A DNA stretch of 63,950 nucleotides, filler included, from Raillietiella orientalis (GCA_036172245.1; 6 parts of 6 records of this genome joined end to end with filler, not necessarily neighbours in it), one strand, 5' to 3'; shown: positions 22,176-36,692, numbered from the whole stretch's first letter. The notes: generated by a model from the sequence alone, not told the origin. A program made the numbers and translations.

Positions 22176-24523
22176 GCTGCCCTCCTGGATCCGTAGGGAG
22201 GCACTAAGACGTTCCCACAGGGGTCGGAGGGCAGCACAATCAACAAGGAGGTGGGGTAGGGTTTCCCGTTCCCCACACCTGATGCAGGTAGGATCTGCTT
22301 GACCCCTGGTCCAGTGGTGGCGGCATGCGTTGCAGGGTAGACCCCAATGCAACAACAGATGCGCCGACTCCTGCCACTTCAGGGGGAGGATCCTAGATCC
22401 AATTAATACCGCGGGCCACTTCAGGTCATCCGGCTGGATGCCGAGTAGCTCGCCCATCTCTGCAGTCCTCTCGGCTGGACACTAGGGGTAGTGGCGTCCG
22501 CCAGTTCCCCCGTGGACCAGCCGCTGATCAACTTCTTCCCTGCGATGCGGCAGGAGACTTGCCACCTAGGCTTGCGGCTGCTGGAGAGCGCCTTCCTCAG
22601 GAAGGGCATCGCCGTAGCTAGGGGGGTTGTCTCGGCCCACGTGCTTCTCGCGGGACACTGGAGTATCTTCCGCAGAGTGCAGCGGGAATAGGCGCCGCGT
22701 GGCAGGCAGTTCCACATCTCCCCGTTCTTCTGGTTTATCTTCGCCCACGTGCCAGCTGTCTCCTCCAGCCATGCGGAGGAGTTGGCGAAGCTGCATACCA
22801 TCCAGCCGTTTTCCTTAGCCAGAGTTGCCATGCGTCCCAGGAGAAGTCCGCATCTCTTGATCTTCCTGCCAAGGCACAGAAGATAGAACGCGAGACCCTC
22901 CGTCCCGGATGCACGGCTGGCAAGGAGTCGGGCCGGAACGCACCAAGGGGTGCTCCATAACTTCGCTGCGATGGCGAGGGTTCGCCACCGCAGCTGAATC
23001 TCTACTCGCTCCATCGTCAAGAGGCCGAGACCGCCATACCGACGTGGAGCACACAAGTCCTTTAACGGGACTCGGGGCCTCCCTCTTCCCCAAAGGGCAA
23101 TTCTCAGGAGGTCCTTTGTCCGTTTTTTCAACTCTCTGGGGACGGGGCAAACAAAAAGCAGGGGGCGGAGGATAGGAGCTGCAAACGCGTTCCATACCGC
23201 GGCCCGTTCCGTAAGGAGAAACTTGTCTTCCAGGAACGGGCCGATCGCCGTTTCCACTCTTTGGAGGCAGCCGGACCACGCTTCCGCAGGGCAGTAGTCC
23301 CGCAACGGGACACCAAGGTACTTCAAGCACCTCGCCGTGGGGATCCCCAAGCGGACCCAGTCCTGCTGCCCAGCCCACGCCGCAACGACTGGAACCACCG
23401 TCGACTTCGCCCTGTTCACCGTAAGTCCGGTCCCGCGGCTAAGCAGATCGAAGAAATCCCCGACCACCTTCGCCGGGGTGGACATCGGCAACAGAAGCAA
23501 AAGATCGTCGGCGTACGCTGCTACGGCGGGCGTGCCGGGGCACGAGCTCGGCAAGGGGGCCAAAGTCACCATGTACGCTCTCAGCACCAAATCAAAGTAG
23601 GTGCTAAAGAGCAGGGGACTGAGGCTGTCGCCCTGCCGTATGCCCCGCCGTAGCGGCACGCCGTACGCCATTTGACTTCTGAAAGAGATATTGATCAGCG
23701 CGCTGCGCCAGCAAGAGCGCAGGTAGGTCAGTAGGAAGGGAGGGAAGCCCATGCGTCCCAGGAGCTCCAGCAGGAGATCCTTGTCCCCGCAGTCAAACGC
23801 TTTGTGCAGATCGACTGCGATCGCTAGGGCTCCCTTCCCCACCTGGGAGTCCTGTCCCTGCCCGGCTGACGCTCCCAAAGCGGGGCTGCCAATCCTTCCT
23901 TCTTCCTTTTCTTCACTACTCTGCACATGAAACCATGTGCTCGCGAAGAAGAGGTTGGCCTCTATACTTCGCCCGGGAACAGCGTAAGTCTGCTCCGGGC
24001 TAATTATGGAATTGGCCACCTGCCTCAGACGCGAAGCTAACAGTCCGGCGATCAACTTGGCGTCCGTGTTCACAATTGTGATCGGACGCGAGTTGCTGAG
24101 TTTCCTGAGGTCTCCTCCTTTCGGAAGGAGCCTCACTCTGGCTGACCGAAACAAGGCGGGTACATCGCCTTCATCTCGGATCAGCCTTGTCAACTCAAGC
24201 ATCAGGGGTGCCAACTTTGCCGCGAAGCATTCAAAAAACTCCGCGGGCAAGTTGTCTTCCCCTGGAGCTTTCCGCCTCTTGAGCCTTTTGATACCGGCGA
24301 GAATTTCGCCGGTGGTAAAAGGCTCATCGAGGCTTAACGACTCCTCCTCCCCTATTGCCGCGGCACCATCCGGAAGCAAGAGCCGAGAGGCATCTTGATC
24401 CGGGGGCGCCCTGGCGTAAAGGGAGGAATAATAACTCCGCACGAGATGCCGTACCGACGCCGGGGACGAACATTCCCGGCCCTGGTCGTCCAGCAAGCTG
24501 GCCAACCCGGATTGCCAGGCTTG
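22176..24523 (-). mobile_element. Family B non-LTR element ORF2 fragment (RT through zinc motif)
   Basis: 694-aa ORF 22421-24505: RPITIVNTDAK, DLHKAFD, GIRQGDSLSPLLF, YADD, KYLG; after a frameshift CIRCGERETLPHLLVDC; homology stops at ~22176. Confidence 0.92.
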
Positions 24524-24623
24524 NNNNNNNNNNNNNNNNNNNNNNNNNNNNNNNNNNNNNNNNNNNNTTAATTAATTAANNNNNNNNNNNNNNNNNNNNN
24601 NNNNNNNNNNNNNNNNNNNNNNN
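24524..24623. other. Artificial contig linker
   Basis: 44 N + TTAATTAATTAA + 44 N. Confidence 0.98.
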
Positions 24624-27600
24624 CCCCTTCACGAAGCATCCATTTGCAGTGAGTGGCAAATGCCCGTCATGGAGAGCCGAAGAGCCTCCCAATTTCCTGG
24701 TTTCAGAGGATCATCAAGAATAGTCCGACATTTCATTATGATGTGGCACTTTGCATTCTGTGTTTTCTCTATGGTAACCAATGTCGGAATTTGAAAGGCA
24801 ATCTTCACCTTCCATCTTATTCATTATTTCGTCCAAATTTGCCACTTTTGAGCTTTTGTAATGAACTCGAAGTCAGAAGGTTTCTCCATTGCACCTTGGC
24901 GCCTTTTCACGAAGCATCCATTTGCAGTGAGTGGAAAATTCCCGTCATGGAGAGCCGAAGAGCCTCCCAATTTCCTGGTTTCAGAGGATCATCAAGAACA
25001 GTCCGACATTTCATTAGGAAGTGGCACTTTGCATTCTGTGTTGTTTTCATGGTAACCAATGTCGGAATTTGAAAGGCAATCTTCTCCTTCGCTCTGATTC
25101 ATTATTTGGTCCAAATTTTCAACTCTTCAGGTTTTGTAATCAACTCGAAAGCAGAAGATTTCACCATTGCACTTTTGCGCCTCTTCACGAAGCATCCATT
25201 TGCAGTGAGTGGCAAATTCCCATCATGGAGAGCCTAAGAGCCTCTCAATTTCCTGGTTTCAGAGGATCATCAAGAAGAGTCTGACATTTCATTAGGGCGT
25301 GGCACTTTCATTCTGTGTTGTTTTCATGGTAACCAATGTCGGAATTTGAAAGGCAATCTTCTCCTTCGCTTTGATTCATTATTTGGTCCAAATTTGCCAC
25401 TCTTCAGGTTTTGTAATCAACTCGAAAGCAGAAGATTTCATCATTGCACTTTTGCGCCTCTTTGCGAAGCATCCATTTGCAGTGAGTGGCAAACTCCCGT
25501 CATGGGGAGCCGCTGATCCTCCCAATTTCCTGGTTTCAGAGGATCATCAAGAACAGTCCGACATTTCATTAGGGCGTGGCACTTTGCATTCTGTGTTGTT
25601 TTCATGGTAACCAATGTCGGAATTTGAAAGGCAATCTTCTCCTTCGATCTTATTCATTATTTCGTCCAAATTTGCCACTTTTGAGCTTTTGTAATGAACT
25701 CGAAGTCAGAAGGTTTCTCCATTGCACTTTTGCGCCTCTTCACGAAGCATCCATTTGCAGTGAGTGGCAAATTCCCGTCATGGAGAGCCGTTGAGCCTCC
25801 CTATTTCCTGGTTTCAGAGGATCATCAAGAACAGTCCGACATTTCATTAGGAAGTGGCACTTTGCATTCTGTGTTGCTTTCATGGTAACCAATGTCGGAA
25901 TTTGAAAGGCAATGTTCTCCTTCGCACTGATTCATTATTTGGTCCAAATTTGCCACTCTTCAGGTTTTGTAATCAACTCGAAAGCAGAAGATTTCACCAT
26001 TGCACTTTTGCGCCCCTTCACGAAGCATCCATTTGCAGTGAGTGGCAAATGCCCGTCATGGAGAGCCGAAGAGCCTCCCAATTTCCTGGTTTCAGAGGAT
26101 CATCAAGAATAGTCCGACATTTCATTATGATGTGGCACTTTGCATTCTGTGTTTTCTCTATGGTAACCAATGTCGGAATTTGAAAGGCAATCTTCTCCTT
26201 CGCTCTGATTCATTATTTGGTAAAATTTGCCACTCTTCAGGTTTTCTAATCAACTCGAAACCAGAAGATTTCACCATTGCACTTTTGCGCCTCTTTGCGA
26301 AGCATCCATTTGCAGTGAGTGGCAAACTCCGGTCATGGGGAGCCGCTGATCCTCCCAATTTCCTGGTTTCAGAGGATCATCAAGAACAGTCCGACATTTC
26401 ATTAGGGCGTGGCACTTTGCATTCTGTGTTGTTTTCATGGTAACCAATGTCGGAATTTGAAAGGCAATCTTCTCCTTCGCTCTGATTCATTATTTGGTCC
26501 AAATTTGCCACTTTTGAGCTTTTGTAATGAACTCGAAGTCAGAAGGTTTCTCCATTGCACTTTTGCGCCTCTTCACGAAGCATCCATTTACAGTGAGTGG
26601 CAAATGCCCGTCATGGAGAGCCGAAGAGCCTCCCAATTTCCTGGTTTTAGAGGATCATCAAGAAGAGTCCGACATTTCATTATGATGTGCCACTTTCCAT
26701 TCTGTGTTTTTTTTATGGTTACCAATGCCGGAATTTGAAAGGCAATCTTCTCCTTTGCTCTGATTCATTATTTGGTCCAAATTTGCCACTCTTCAGGTTT
26801 TGTAATCAACTCGAAAGCAGAAGATTTCACCATTGCACTTTTGCGCCTCTTTGCGAAGCATCCATTTGCAGTGAGTGGCAAACTCCCGTCATGGGGAGCC
26901 GCTGATGCTCCCAATTTCCTGGTTTCAGAGGATCATCAAGAACAGTCCGACATTTCATTAGGGCGTGGCACTTTGCATTCTGTGTTGTTTTCATGGTAAA
27001 CAATGTCGGAATTTGAAAGGCAATGTTCTCTTTCGCTCTGATTCATTATTTGGTCCAAATTTGCCACTCTTCAGGTTTTGTAATCAACTCGAAAGCAGAA
27101 GATTTCACCATTGCACTTTTGCGCCTCTTTGCGAAGCATCCATTTGCAGTGAGTGGCAAATTCCCGTCATGGAGAGCCGTTGAGCCTCCCTATTTCCTGG
27201 ATTCAGAGGATCATCAAGAACAGTCCGACATTTCATTAGGGAGTGGCACTTTGCATTCTGTGTTGTTTTCATGGTAACCAATGTCGGAATTTGAAAGGCA
27301 ATCTTCTCCTTCGATCTTATTCATTCTTTCGACCAAATTTGCCACTTTTGAGCTTTTGTAATGAACTCGAAGTCAGAAGGTTTCTCCATTGCACTTTTGC
27401 GCCTCTTCACGAAGCATCCATTTGCAGTGAGTGGCAAATGCCCGTCATGGAGAGCCGAAGAGCCTCCCAATTTCCTGGTTTTAGAGGATCATCAAGAAGA
27501 GTCCGACATTTCATTATGATGTTCCACTTTTCATTCTGTGTTTTTTTTATGGTAACCAATGCCGAAATTTGAAAGGCAATCTTCTCCTTCGCTCTGATTC

Positions 27601-30600
27601 ATTATTTGGTCCAAATTTGCCACTCTTCAGGTTTTGTAATCAACTCGAAAGCAGAAGATTTCACCATTGCAATTTTGCGCCTCTTTGCGAAGCATCCATT
27701 TGCAGTGAGTGGCAAATTCCCGTCATGGAGAGCCGCTGAGCCTCCCTATTTCCTGGTTTCAGAGGATCATCAAGAACAGTCCGACATTTCATTAGGAAGT
27801 GGCACTTTGCATTCTGTGTTGTTTTCATGGTAACCAATGTCGGAATTTGAAAGGCAATCTTCTCCTTCGCTCTAATTCATTATTTGGTCCAAATTTGCCA
27901 CTTTTCATCTTTTGTAATGAACTCGAAGTCAGAAGGTTTCTCCAGTGCACTTTTGCGCCTCTTCACGAAGCATCCATTTGCAGTGAGTGGCAAATGCCCG
28001 TCATGGAGAGCCGAAGAGCCTCCCAATTTCCTGGTTTCAGAGGATCATCAAGAACAGTCCGACATTTCATTAGGAAGTGGCACTTTGCATTCTGTGTTGT
28101 TTTCATGGTAACCAATGTCGGAATTTGAAAGGCAATCCTCTCCTTCGCTCTGATTCATTATTTGGTCCAAATTTGCCTCTTTTCAGCTTTTGTAATGATC
28201 TCGAAGTCACAAGATTTCACCATTGCATTTTTGCGCCTCTTCACGAAGCATCCATTTGCAGTGGGTGGCAAATTCCCGTCATGGAGAGCCGCTGATCCTC
28301 CCAATTTCCTGGTTTCAGAGGATCATCAAGAACAGTCCGACATTTCATTAGGAAGTGGCACTTTGCATTCTGTGTTGTTTTCATGGTAACCAATGTCGGA
28401 ATTTGAAAGGCAATCTTCTCCTTCGCTCTGATTCATTATTTGGTCCAAATTTGCCACTCTTCAGGTTTTTAAATCAACTCGAAAGCAGAAGATTTCACCA
28501 TTGCACTTTTGCGCCTCTTTGCGAAGCATCCATTTGCAGTGAGTGGCAAATTCCCGTCATGGAGAGCCGAAGAGCCTCCCAATTTCCTGGTTTCAGAGGA
28601 TCAACAAAAAGAGTCCGACATTTCATTATGATGTGGCCCTTTGCATTCTGTGTTTTTTTTATGGTAACCAATGCCGGAATTTGAAAGGCAATCTTCTCCT
28701 TCGTTCTGATTCATTATTTGGTCCCAATTTGCCACTTTTCAGCTTTTGTAATGATCTCGAAGTCACAAGATTTCACCATTGCATTTTTGCGCCTCTTTGC
28801 GAAGCATCCATTTGCAGTGAGTGGCAAATTCCCGTCATGGAGAGCCGAAGAGCCTCCCAATTTCCTGGTTTCAGAGGATCAACAAAAAGAGTCCGACATT
28901 TCATTATGATGTGGCCCTTTGCATTCTGTGTTTTTTTTATGGTAACCAATGCCGGAATTTGAAAGGCAATCTTCTCCTTCGCTCTGATTCATTATTTGGT
29001 CCAAATTTGCCACTTTTGAGCTTTTGTAATGAACTCGAAGTCAGAAGGTTTCTCCATTGCACTTTTGCGCCTCTTCACGAAGCATCCATTTACAGTGAGT
29101 GGCAAATGCCCGTCATGGAGAGCCGAAGAGCCTCCTAATTTCCTGGTTTTAGAGGATCATCAAGAAGAGTCCGACATTTCATTATGATGTGCCACTTTCC
29201 ATTCTGTGTTTTTTTTATGGTTACCAATGCCGGAATTTGAAAGGCAATCTTCTCCTTTGCTCTGATTCATTATTTGGTCCAAATTTGCCACTCTTCAGGT
29301 TTTGTAATCAACTCGAAAGCAGAAGATTTCACCATTGCACTTTTGCGCCTCTTTGCGAAGCATCCATTTGCAGTGAGTGGCAAACTCCCGTCATGGGGAG
29401 CCGCTGATGCTCCCAATTTCCTGGTTTCAGAGGATCATCAAGAACAGTCCGACATTTCATTAGGGCGTGGCACTTTGCATTCTGTGTTGTTTTCATGGTA
29501 AACAATGCCGGAATTTGAAAGGCAATGTTCTCTTTCGCTCTGATTCATTATTTGGTCCAAATTTGCCACTCTTCAGGTTTTGTAATCAACTCGAAAGCAG
29601 AAGATTTCACCATTGCACTTTTGCGCCTCTTTGCGAAGCATCCATTTGCAGTGTGTGGCAAATTCCCATCATGGAGAGCCGTTGAGCCTCCCTATTTCCT
29701 GGTTTCAGAGGATCATCAAGAACAGTCCGACATTTCATTAGGGAGTGGCACTTTGCATTCTGTGTTGTTTTCATGGTAACCAATGTCGGAATTTGAAAGG
29801 CAATCTTCTCCTTCGATCTTATTCATTCTTTCGACCAAATTTGCCACTTTTGAGCTTTTGTAATGAACTCGAAGTCAGAAGGTTTCTCCATTGCACTTTT
29901 GCGCCTCTTCACGAAGCATCCATTTGCAGTGAGTGGCAAATGCCCGTCATGGAGAGCCGAAGAGCCTCCCAATTTCCTGGTTTTAGAGGATCATCAAGAA
30001 GAGTCCGACATTTCATTATGATGTTCCACTTTTCATTCTGTGTTTTTTTTATGGTAACCAATGCCGAAATTTGAAAGGCAATCTTCTCCTTCGCTCTGAT
30101 TCATTATTTGGTCCAAATTTGCCACTCTTCAGGTTTTGTAATCAACTCGAAAGCAGAAGATTTCACCATTGCAATTTTGCGCCTCTTTGCGAAGCATCCA
30201 TTTGCAGTGAGTGGCAAATTCCCGTCATGGAGAGCCGCTGAGCCTCCCTATTTCCTGGTTTCAGAGGATCATCAAGAACAGTCCGACATTTCATTAGGAA
30301 GTGGCACTTTGCATTCTGTGTTGTTTTCATGGTAACCAATGTCGGAATTTGAAAGGCAATCTTCTCCTTCGCTCTAATTCATTATTTGGTCCAAATTTGC
30401 CACTTTTCATCTTTTGTAATGAACTCGAAGTCAGAAGGTTTCTTCATTGCACTTTTGAGCCTCTTCACGAAGCATCCATTTGCAGTGAGTGGCAAATTCC
30501 CGTCATGGAGAGCCTAAGAGCCTCCCAATTTCCTGGTTTCAGAGGATCATCAAGAAGAGTCTGACATTTCATTAGGGCGTGGCACTTTCATTCTGTGTTG

Positions 30601-33600
30601 TTTTCATGGTAACCAATGTCGGAATTTGAAAGGCAATCTTCTCCTTCGCTTTGTTTCATTATTTGGTCCAAATTTGCCACTCTTCAGGTTTTGTAATCAA
30701 CTCGAAAGCAGAAGATTTCATCATTGCACTTTTGCGGCTCTTTGCGAAGCATCCATTTGCAGTGAGTGGCAAGCTCCCGTCATGGGGAGCCGCTGATCCT
30801 CCCAATTTCCTGGTTTCAGAGGATCATCAAGAACAGTCCGACATTTCATTAGGGCGTAGCACTTTGCATTCTGTGTTGTTTTCATGGTAACCAATGTCGG
30901 AATTTGAAAGGCAATCTTCTCCTTCGATCTTATTGATAATTTCGTCCAAATTTGCCACTTTTGAGCTTTTGTAATGAACTCGAAGTCAGAAGGTTTCTCC
31001 ATTGCACTTTTGCGCCTCTTCACGAAGCATCCATTTGCAGTGAGTGGCAAATTCCCGTCATGGACAGCCGAAGAGCCTCCCAATTTCCTGGTTTCAGAGG
31101 ATCATCAAGAACAGTCCGACATTTCATTAGGAAGTGGCACTTTGCATTCTGTGTTGTTTTCATGGTAACCAATGTCGGAATTTGAAAGGCAATCTTCTCC
31201 TTCGCTCTAATTCATTATTTGGTCCAAATTTGCCACTCTTCAGGTTTTGTAATCAACTCGAAAGGAGAAGATTTCACCATTGCACTTTTGCGCCCCTTCA
31301 CGAAGCATCCATTTGCAGTGAGTGGCAAATGCCCGTCATGGAGAGCCGAAGAGCCTCCCAATTTCCTGGTTTCAGAGGATCATCAAGAAGAGTCTGACAT
31401 TTCATTAGGGCATGGCACTTTCATTCTGTGTTGTTTTCATGGTAACCAATGTCGGAATTTGAAAGGCAATCTTCTCCTTCGCTTTGATTCATTATTTGGT
31501 CCAAATTTGCCACTCTTCAGGTTTTGTAATCAACTCGAAAGCAGAAGATTTCATCATTGCACTTTTGCGCCTCTTTGCGAAGCATCCATTTGCAGTGAGT
31601 GGCAAACTCCCGTCATGGGGAGCCGCTGATCCTCCCAATTTCCTGGTTTCAGAGGATCATCAAGAACAGTCCGACATTTCATTAGGGCGTGGCACTTTGC
31701 ATTCTGTGTTGTTTTCATGGTAACCAATGTCGGAATTTGAAAGGCAATGTTCTCCTTCGATCTTATTCATTATTTTGTCCAAATTTGCCACTTTTGAGCT
31801 TTTGTAATGAACTCGAAGTCAGAAGGTTTCTCCATTGCACTTTTGCGCCTCTTCACGAAGCATCCATTTGCAGTGAGTGGCAAATTCCCGTCATGGAGAG
31901 CCGTTGAGCCTCCCTATTTCCTGGTTTCAGAGGATCATCAAGAACAGTCCGACATTTCATTAGGAAGTGGCACTTTGCATTCTGTGTTGTTTTCATGGTA
32001 ACCAATGTCGGAATTTGAAAGGCAATGTTCTCCTTCGCTCTGATTCATTATTTGGTCCAAATTTGCCACTCTTCAGGTTTTGTAATCAACTCGAAAGCAG
32101 AAGATTTCACCATTGCACTTTTGCGCCCCTTCACGAAGCATCCATTTGCAGTGAGTGGCAAATGCCCGTCATGGAGAGCCGAAGAGCCTCCCAATTTCCT
32201 GGTTTCAGAGGATCATCAAGAATAGTCCGACATTTCATTATGATGTGGCACTTTGCATTCTGTGTTTTCTCTATGGTAACCAATGTCGGAATTTGAAAGG
32301 CAATCTTCACCTTCCATCTTATTCATTATTTCGTCCAAATTTGCCACTTTTGAGCTTTTGTAATGAACTCGAAGTCAGAAGGTTTCTCCATTGCACCTTG
32401 GCGCCTTTTCACGAAGCATCCATTTGCAGTGAGTGGAAAATTCCCGTCATGGAGAGCCGAAGAGCCTCCCAATTTCCTGGTTTCAGAGGATCATCAAGAA
32501 CAGTCCGACATTTCATTAGGAAGTGGCACTTTGCATTCTGTGTTGTTTTCATGGTAACCAATGTCGGAATTTGAAAGGCAATCTTCTCCTTCGCTCTGAT
32601 TCATTATTTGGTCCAAATTTTCAACTCTTCAGGTTTTGTAATCAACTCGAAAGCAGAAGATTTCACCATTGCACTTTTGCGCCTCTTTGCGAAGCATCCA
32701 TTTGCAGTGAGTGGCAAATTCCCGTCATGGAGAGCCGAAGAGCCTCCCAATTTCCTGCTTTCAGAGGATCATCAAGAAGAGTCCGACATTTCATTAGGAT
32801 GTGGCACTTTGCATTCTGTGTTTTCTTTATGGTAACCAATGTCGGAATTTGAAAGGCAATCTTCTCCTTCGCTCTTATTCATTATTTGGTCCAAATTTGC
32901 CACTTTTCATCTTTTGTAATGAACTCGAAGTCAGAAGGTTTCTTCATTGCACTTTTGCGCCTCTTCACGAAGCATCCATTTGCAGTGAGTGGCAAATTCC
33001 CATCATGGAGAGCCTAAGAGCCTCTCAATTTCCTGGTTTCAGAGGATCATCAAGAAGAGTCTGACATTTCATTAGGGCGTGGCACTTTCATTCTGTGTTG
33101 TTTTCATGGTAACCAATGTCGGAATTTGAAAGGCAATCTTCTCCTTCGCTTTGATTCATTATTTGGTCCAAATTTGCCACTCTTCAGGTTTTGTAATCAA
33201 CTCGAAAGCAGAAGATTTCATCATTGCACTTTTGCGCCTCTTTGCGAAGCATCCATTTGCAGTGAGTGGCAAACTCCCGTCATGGGGAGCCGCTGATCCT
33301 CCCAATTTCCTGGTTTCAGAGGATCATCAAGAACAGTCCGACATTTCATTAGGGCGTGGCACTTTGCATTCTGTGTTGTTTTCATGGTAACCAATGTCGG
33401 AATTTGAAAGGCAATCTTCTCCTTCGATCTTATTCATTATTTCGTCCAAATTTGCCACTTTTGAGCTTTTGTAATGAACTCGAAGTCAGAAGGTTTCTCC
33501 ATTGCACTTTTGCGCCTCTTCACGAAGCATCCATTTGCAGTGAGTGGCAAATTCCCGTCATGGAGAGCCGTTGAGCCTCCCTATTTCCTGGTTTCAGAGG

Positions 33601-36600
33601 ATCATCAAGAACAGTCCGACATTTCATTAGGAAGTGGCACTTTGCATTCTGTGTTGCTTTCATGGTAACCAATGTCGGAATTTGAAAGGCAATGTTCTCC
33701 TTCGCACTGATTCATTATTTGGTCCGAATTTGCCACTCTTCAGGTTTTGTAATCAACTCGAAAGCAGAAGATTTCACCATTGCACTTTTGCGCCCCTTCA
33801 CGAAGCATCCATTTGCAGTGAGTGGCAAATGCCCGTCATGGAGAGCCGAAGAGCCTCCCAATTTCCTGGTTTCAGAGGATCATCAAGAATAGTCCGACAT
33901 TTCATTATGATGTGGCACTTTGCATTCTGTGTTTTCTCTATGGTAACCAATGTCGGAATTTGAAAGGCAATCTTCTCCTTCGCTCTGATTCATTATTTGG
34001 TAAAATTTGCCACTCTTCAGGTTTTCTAATCAACTCGAAACCAGAAGATTTCACCATTGCACTTTTGCGCCTCTTTGCGAAGCATCCATTTGCAGTGAGT
34101 GGCAAACTCCGGTCATGGGGAGCCGCTGATCCTCCCAATTTCCTGGTTTCAGAGGATCATCAAGAACAGTCCGACATTTCATTAGGGCGTGGCACTTTGC
34201 ATTCTGTGTTGTTTTCATGGTAACCAATGTCGGAATTTGAAAGGCAATGTTCTCCTTCGCTCTGATTCATTATTTGGTCCAAATTTGCCACTTTTGAGCT
34301 TTTGTAATGAACTCGAAGTCAGAAGGTTTCTCCATTGCACTTTTGCGCCTCTTCACGAAGCATCCATTTACAGTGAGTGGCAAATGCCCGTCATGGAGAG
34401 CCGAAGAGCCTCCCAATTTCCTGGTTTTAGAGGATCATCAAGAAGAGTCCGACATTTCATTATGATGTGCCACTTTCCATTCTGTGTTTTTTTTATGGTA
34501 ACCAATGCCGGAATTTGAAAGGCAATCTTCTCCTTTGCTCTGATTCATTATTTGGTCCAAATTTGCCACTCTTCAGGTTTTGTAATCAACTCGAAAGCAG
34601 AAGATTTCACCATTGCACTTTTGCGCCTCTTTGCGAAGCATCCATTTGCAGTGAGTGGCAAACTCCCGTCATGGGGAGCCGAAGAGCCTCCCAATTTCCT
34701 GGTTTCAGAGGATCATCAAGAACAGTCCGACATTTCATTAGGGCGTGGCACTTTGCATTCTGTGTTGTTTTCATGGTAACCAATGTCGGAATTTGAAAGG
34801 CAATGTTCTCCTTCGCTCTGATTCATTATTTGGTCCAAATTTGCCACTCTTCAGGTTTTGTAATCAACTCGAAAGCAGAAGATTTCACCATTGCACTTTT
34901 GCGCCTCTTTGCGAAGCATCCATTTGCAGTGAGTGGCAAATTCCCGTCATGGAGAGCCGAAGAGCCTCCCAATTTCCTGGTTTCAGAGGATCAACAAGAA
35001 AAGTTCGACATTTCATTATGATGTGGCACTTTGCATTCTGTGTTTTTTTTATGGTAACCAATGCCGGAATTTGAAAGGCAATGTTCTCCTTCGTTTTGAT
35101 TCATTATTTGGTCCAAATTTGCCACTTTTCAGCTTTTGTAATGATCTCGAAGTCACAAGATTTCACCATTGCATTTTTGCGCCTCTTCACGAAGCATCCA
35201 TTTGCAGTGAGTGGCAAATTCCCGTCATGGAGAGCCGAAGAGCCTCCCAATTTCCTGGTTTCAGAGGATCATCAAGAAGAGTCCGACATTTCATTATGAT
35301 GTGGCACTTTGCATTCTGTGTTTTTTTTATGGTAACCAATGCCGGAATTTGAAAGGCAATCTTCTCCTTTGCTCTGATTCATTATTTGGTCCAAATTTGC
35401 CACTCTTCAGGTTTTGTAATCAACTCGAAAGCAGAAGATTTCACCATTGCACTTTTGCGCCTCTTTGCGAAGCATCCATTTGCAGGGAGTGGCAAACTCC
35501 CGTCATGGGGAGCCGAAGAGCCTCCCAATTTCCTGGTTTCAGAGGATCATCAAGAACAGTCCGACATTTCATTAGGGCGTGGCACTTTGCATTCTGTGTT
35601 GTTTTCATGGTAACCAATGTCGGAATTTGAAAGGCAATGTTCTCCTTCGCTCTGATTCATTATTTGGTCCAAATTTGCCACTCTTCAGGTTTTGTAATCA
35701 ACTCGAAAGCAGAAGATTTCACCATTGCACTTTTGCGCCTCTTTGCGAAGCATCCATTTGCAGTGAGTGGCAAACTCCCGTCATGGGGAGCCGCTGATCC
35801 TCCCAATTTCCTGGTTTCAGAGGATCATCAAGAACAGTCCGACATTTCATTAGGGCGTGGCACTTTGCATTCTGTGTTGTTTTCATGGTAACCAATGTCG
35901 GAATTTGAAAGGCAATCTTCTCCTTCGATCTTATTCATTATTTCGTCCAAATTTGCCACTTTTGAGCTTTTGTAATGAACTCGAAGTCAGAAGGTTTCTC
36001 CATTGCACTTTTGCGCCTCTTCACGAAGCATCCATTTGCAGTGAGTGGCAAATGCCCGTCATGGAGAGCCGAAGAGCCTCCCAATTTCCTGGTTTCAGAG
36101 GATCATCAAGAAGAGTCCGACATTTCATTATGATGTGGCACTTTGCATTCTGTGTTTTTTTTATGGTAACCAATGCCGGAATTTGAAAGGCAATCTTCTC
36201 CTTCGCTCTGATTCATTATTTGGTCCAAATTTGCCACTCTTCAGGTTTTGTAATCAACTCGAAAGCAGAAGATTTCACCATTGCACTTTTGCGCCCCTTC
36301 ACGAAGCATCCATTTGCAGTGAGTGGCAAATGCCCGTCATGGAGAGCCGAAGAGCCTCCCAATTTCCTGGTTTCAGAGGATCATCAAGAATAGTCCGACA
36401 TTTCATTATGATGTGGCACTTTGCATTCTGTGTTTTTTTTATGGTAACCAATGTCGGAATTTGAAAGGCAATCTTCTCCTTCGCTCTGATTCATTATTTG
36501 GTAAAATTTGCCACTCTTCAGGTTTTCTAATCAACTCGAAACCAGAAGATTTCACCATTGCACTTTTGCGCCTCTTTGCGAAGCATCCATTTGCAGTGAG

Positions 36601-36692
36601 TGGCAAACTCCGGTCATGGGGAGCCGCTGATCCTCCCAATTTCCTGGTTTCAGAGGATCATCAAGAACAGTCCGACATTTCATTAGATGATA
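24624..36692. repeat. Satellite DNA, 278-bp monomer, ~43 tandem copies
   Basis: Motif GAAGCATCCATTTGCAGTGAGTGGCAAA recurs every 277-278 bp across the whole contig; several monomer variants. Confidence 0.99.

Noticed and set aside
21380..22207. 275-aa plus-strand ORF and overlapping 193-aa minus-strand ORF
   Set aside because: Pro/Gly/Arg-rich translation of GC-rich hairpins with no motif; long open frames on both strands are expected from composition.
24624..36692. Hammerhead ribozyme (retrozyme-like) in the satellite, minus-strand TTGATGA-TCCTCT-GAAAC
   Set aside because: C3 is missing, stem II cannot pair and no stem III with a cleavage triplet is evident.
24653..36692. Dozens of repeated 60-140 aa ORFs (MALCILCC..., MVQICHSS...)
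   Set aside because: By-products of the 278-bp period; variants create stops and frameshifts freely and no domain is recognisable.
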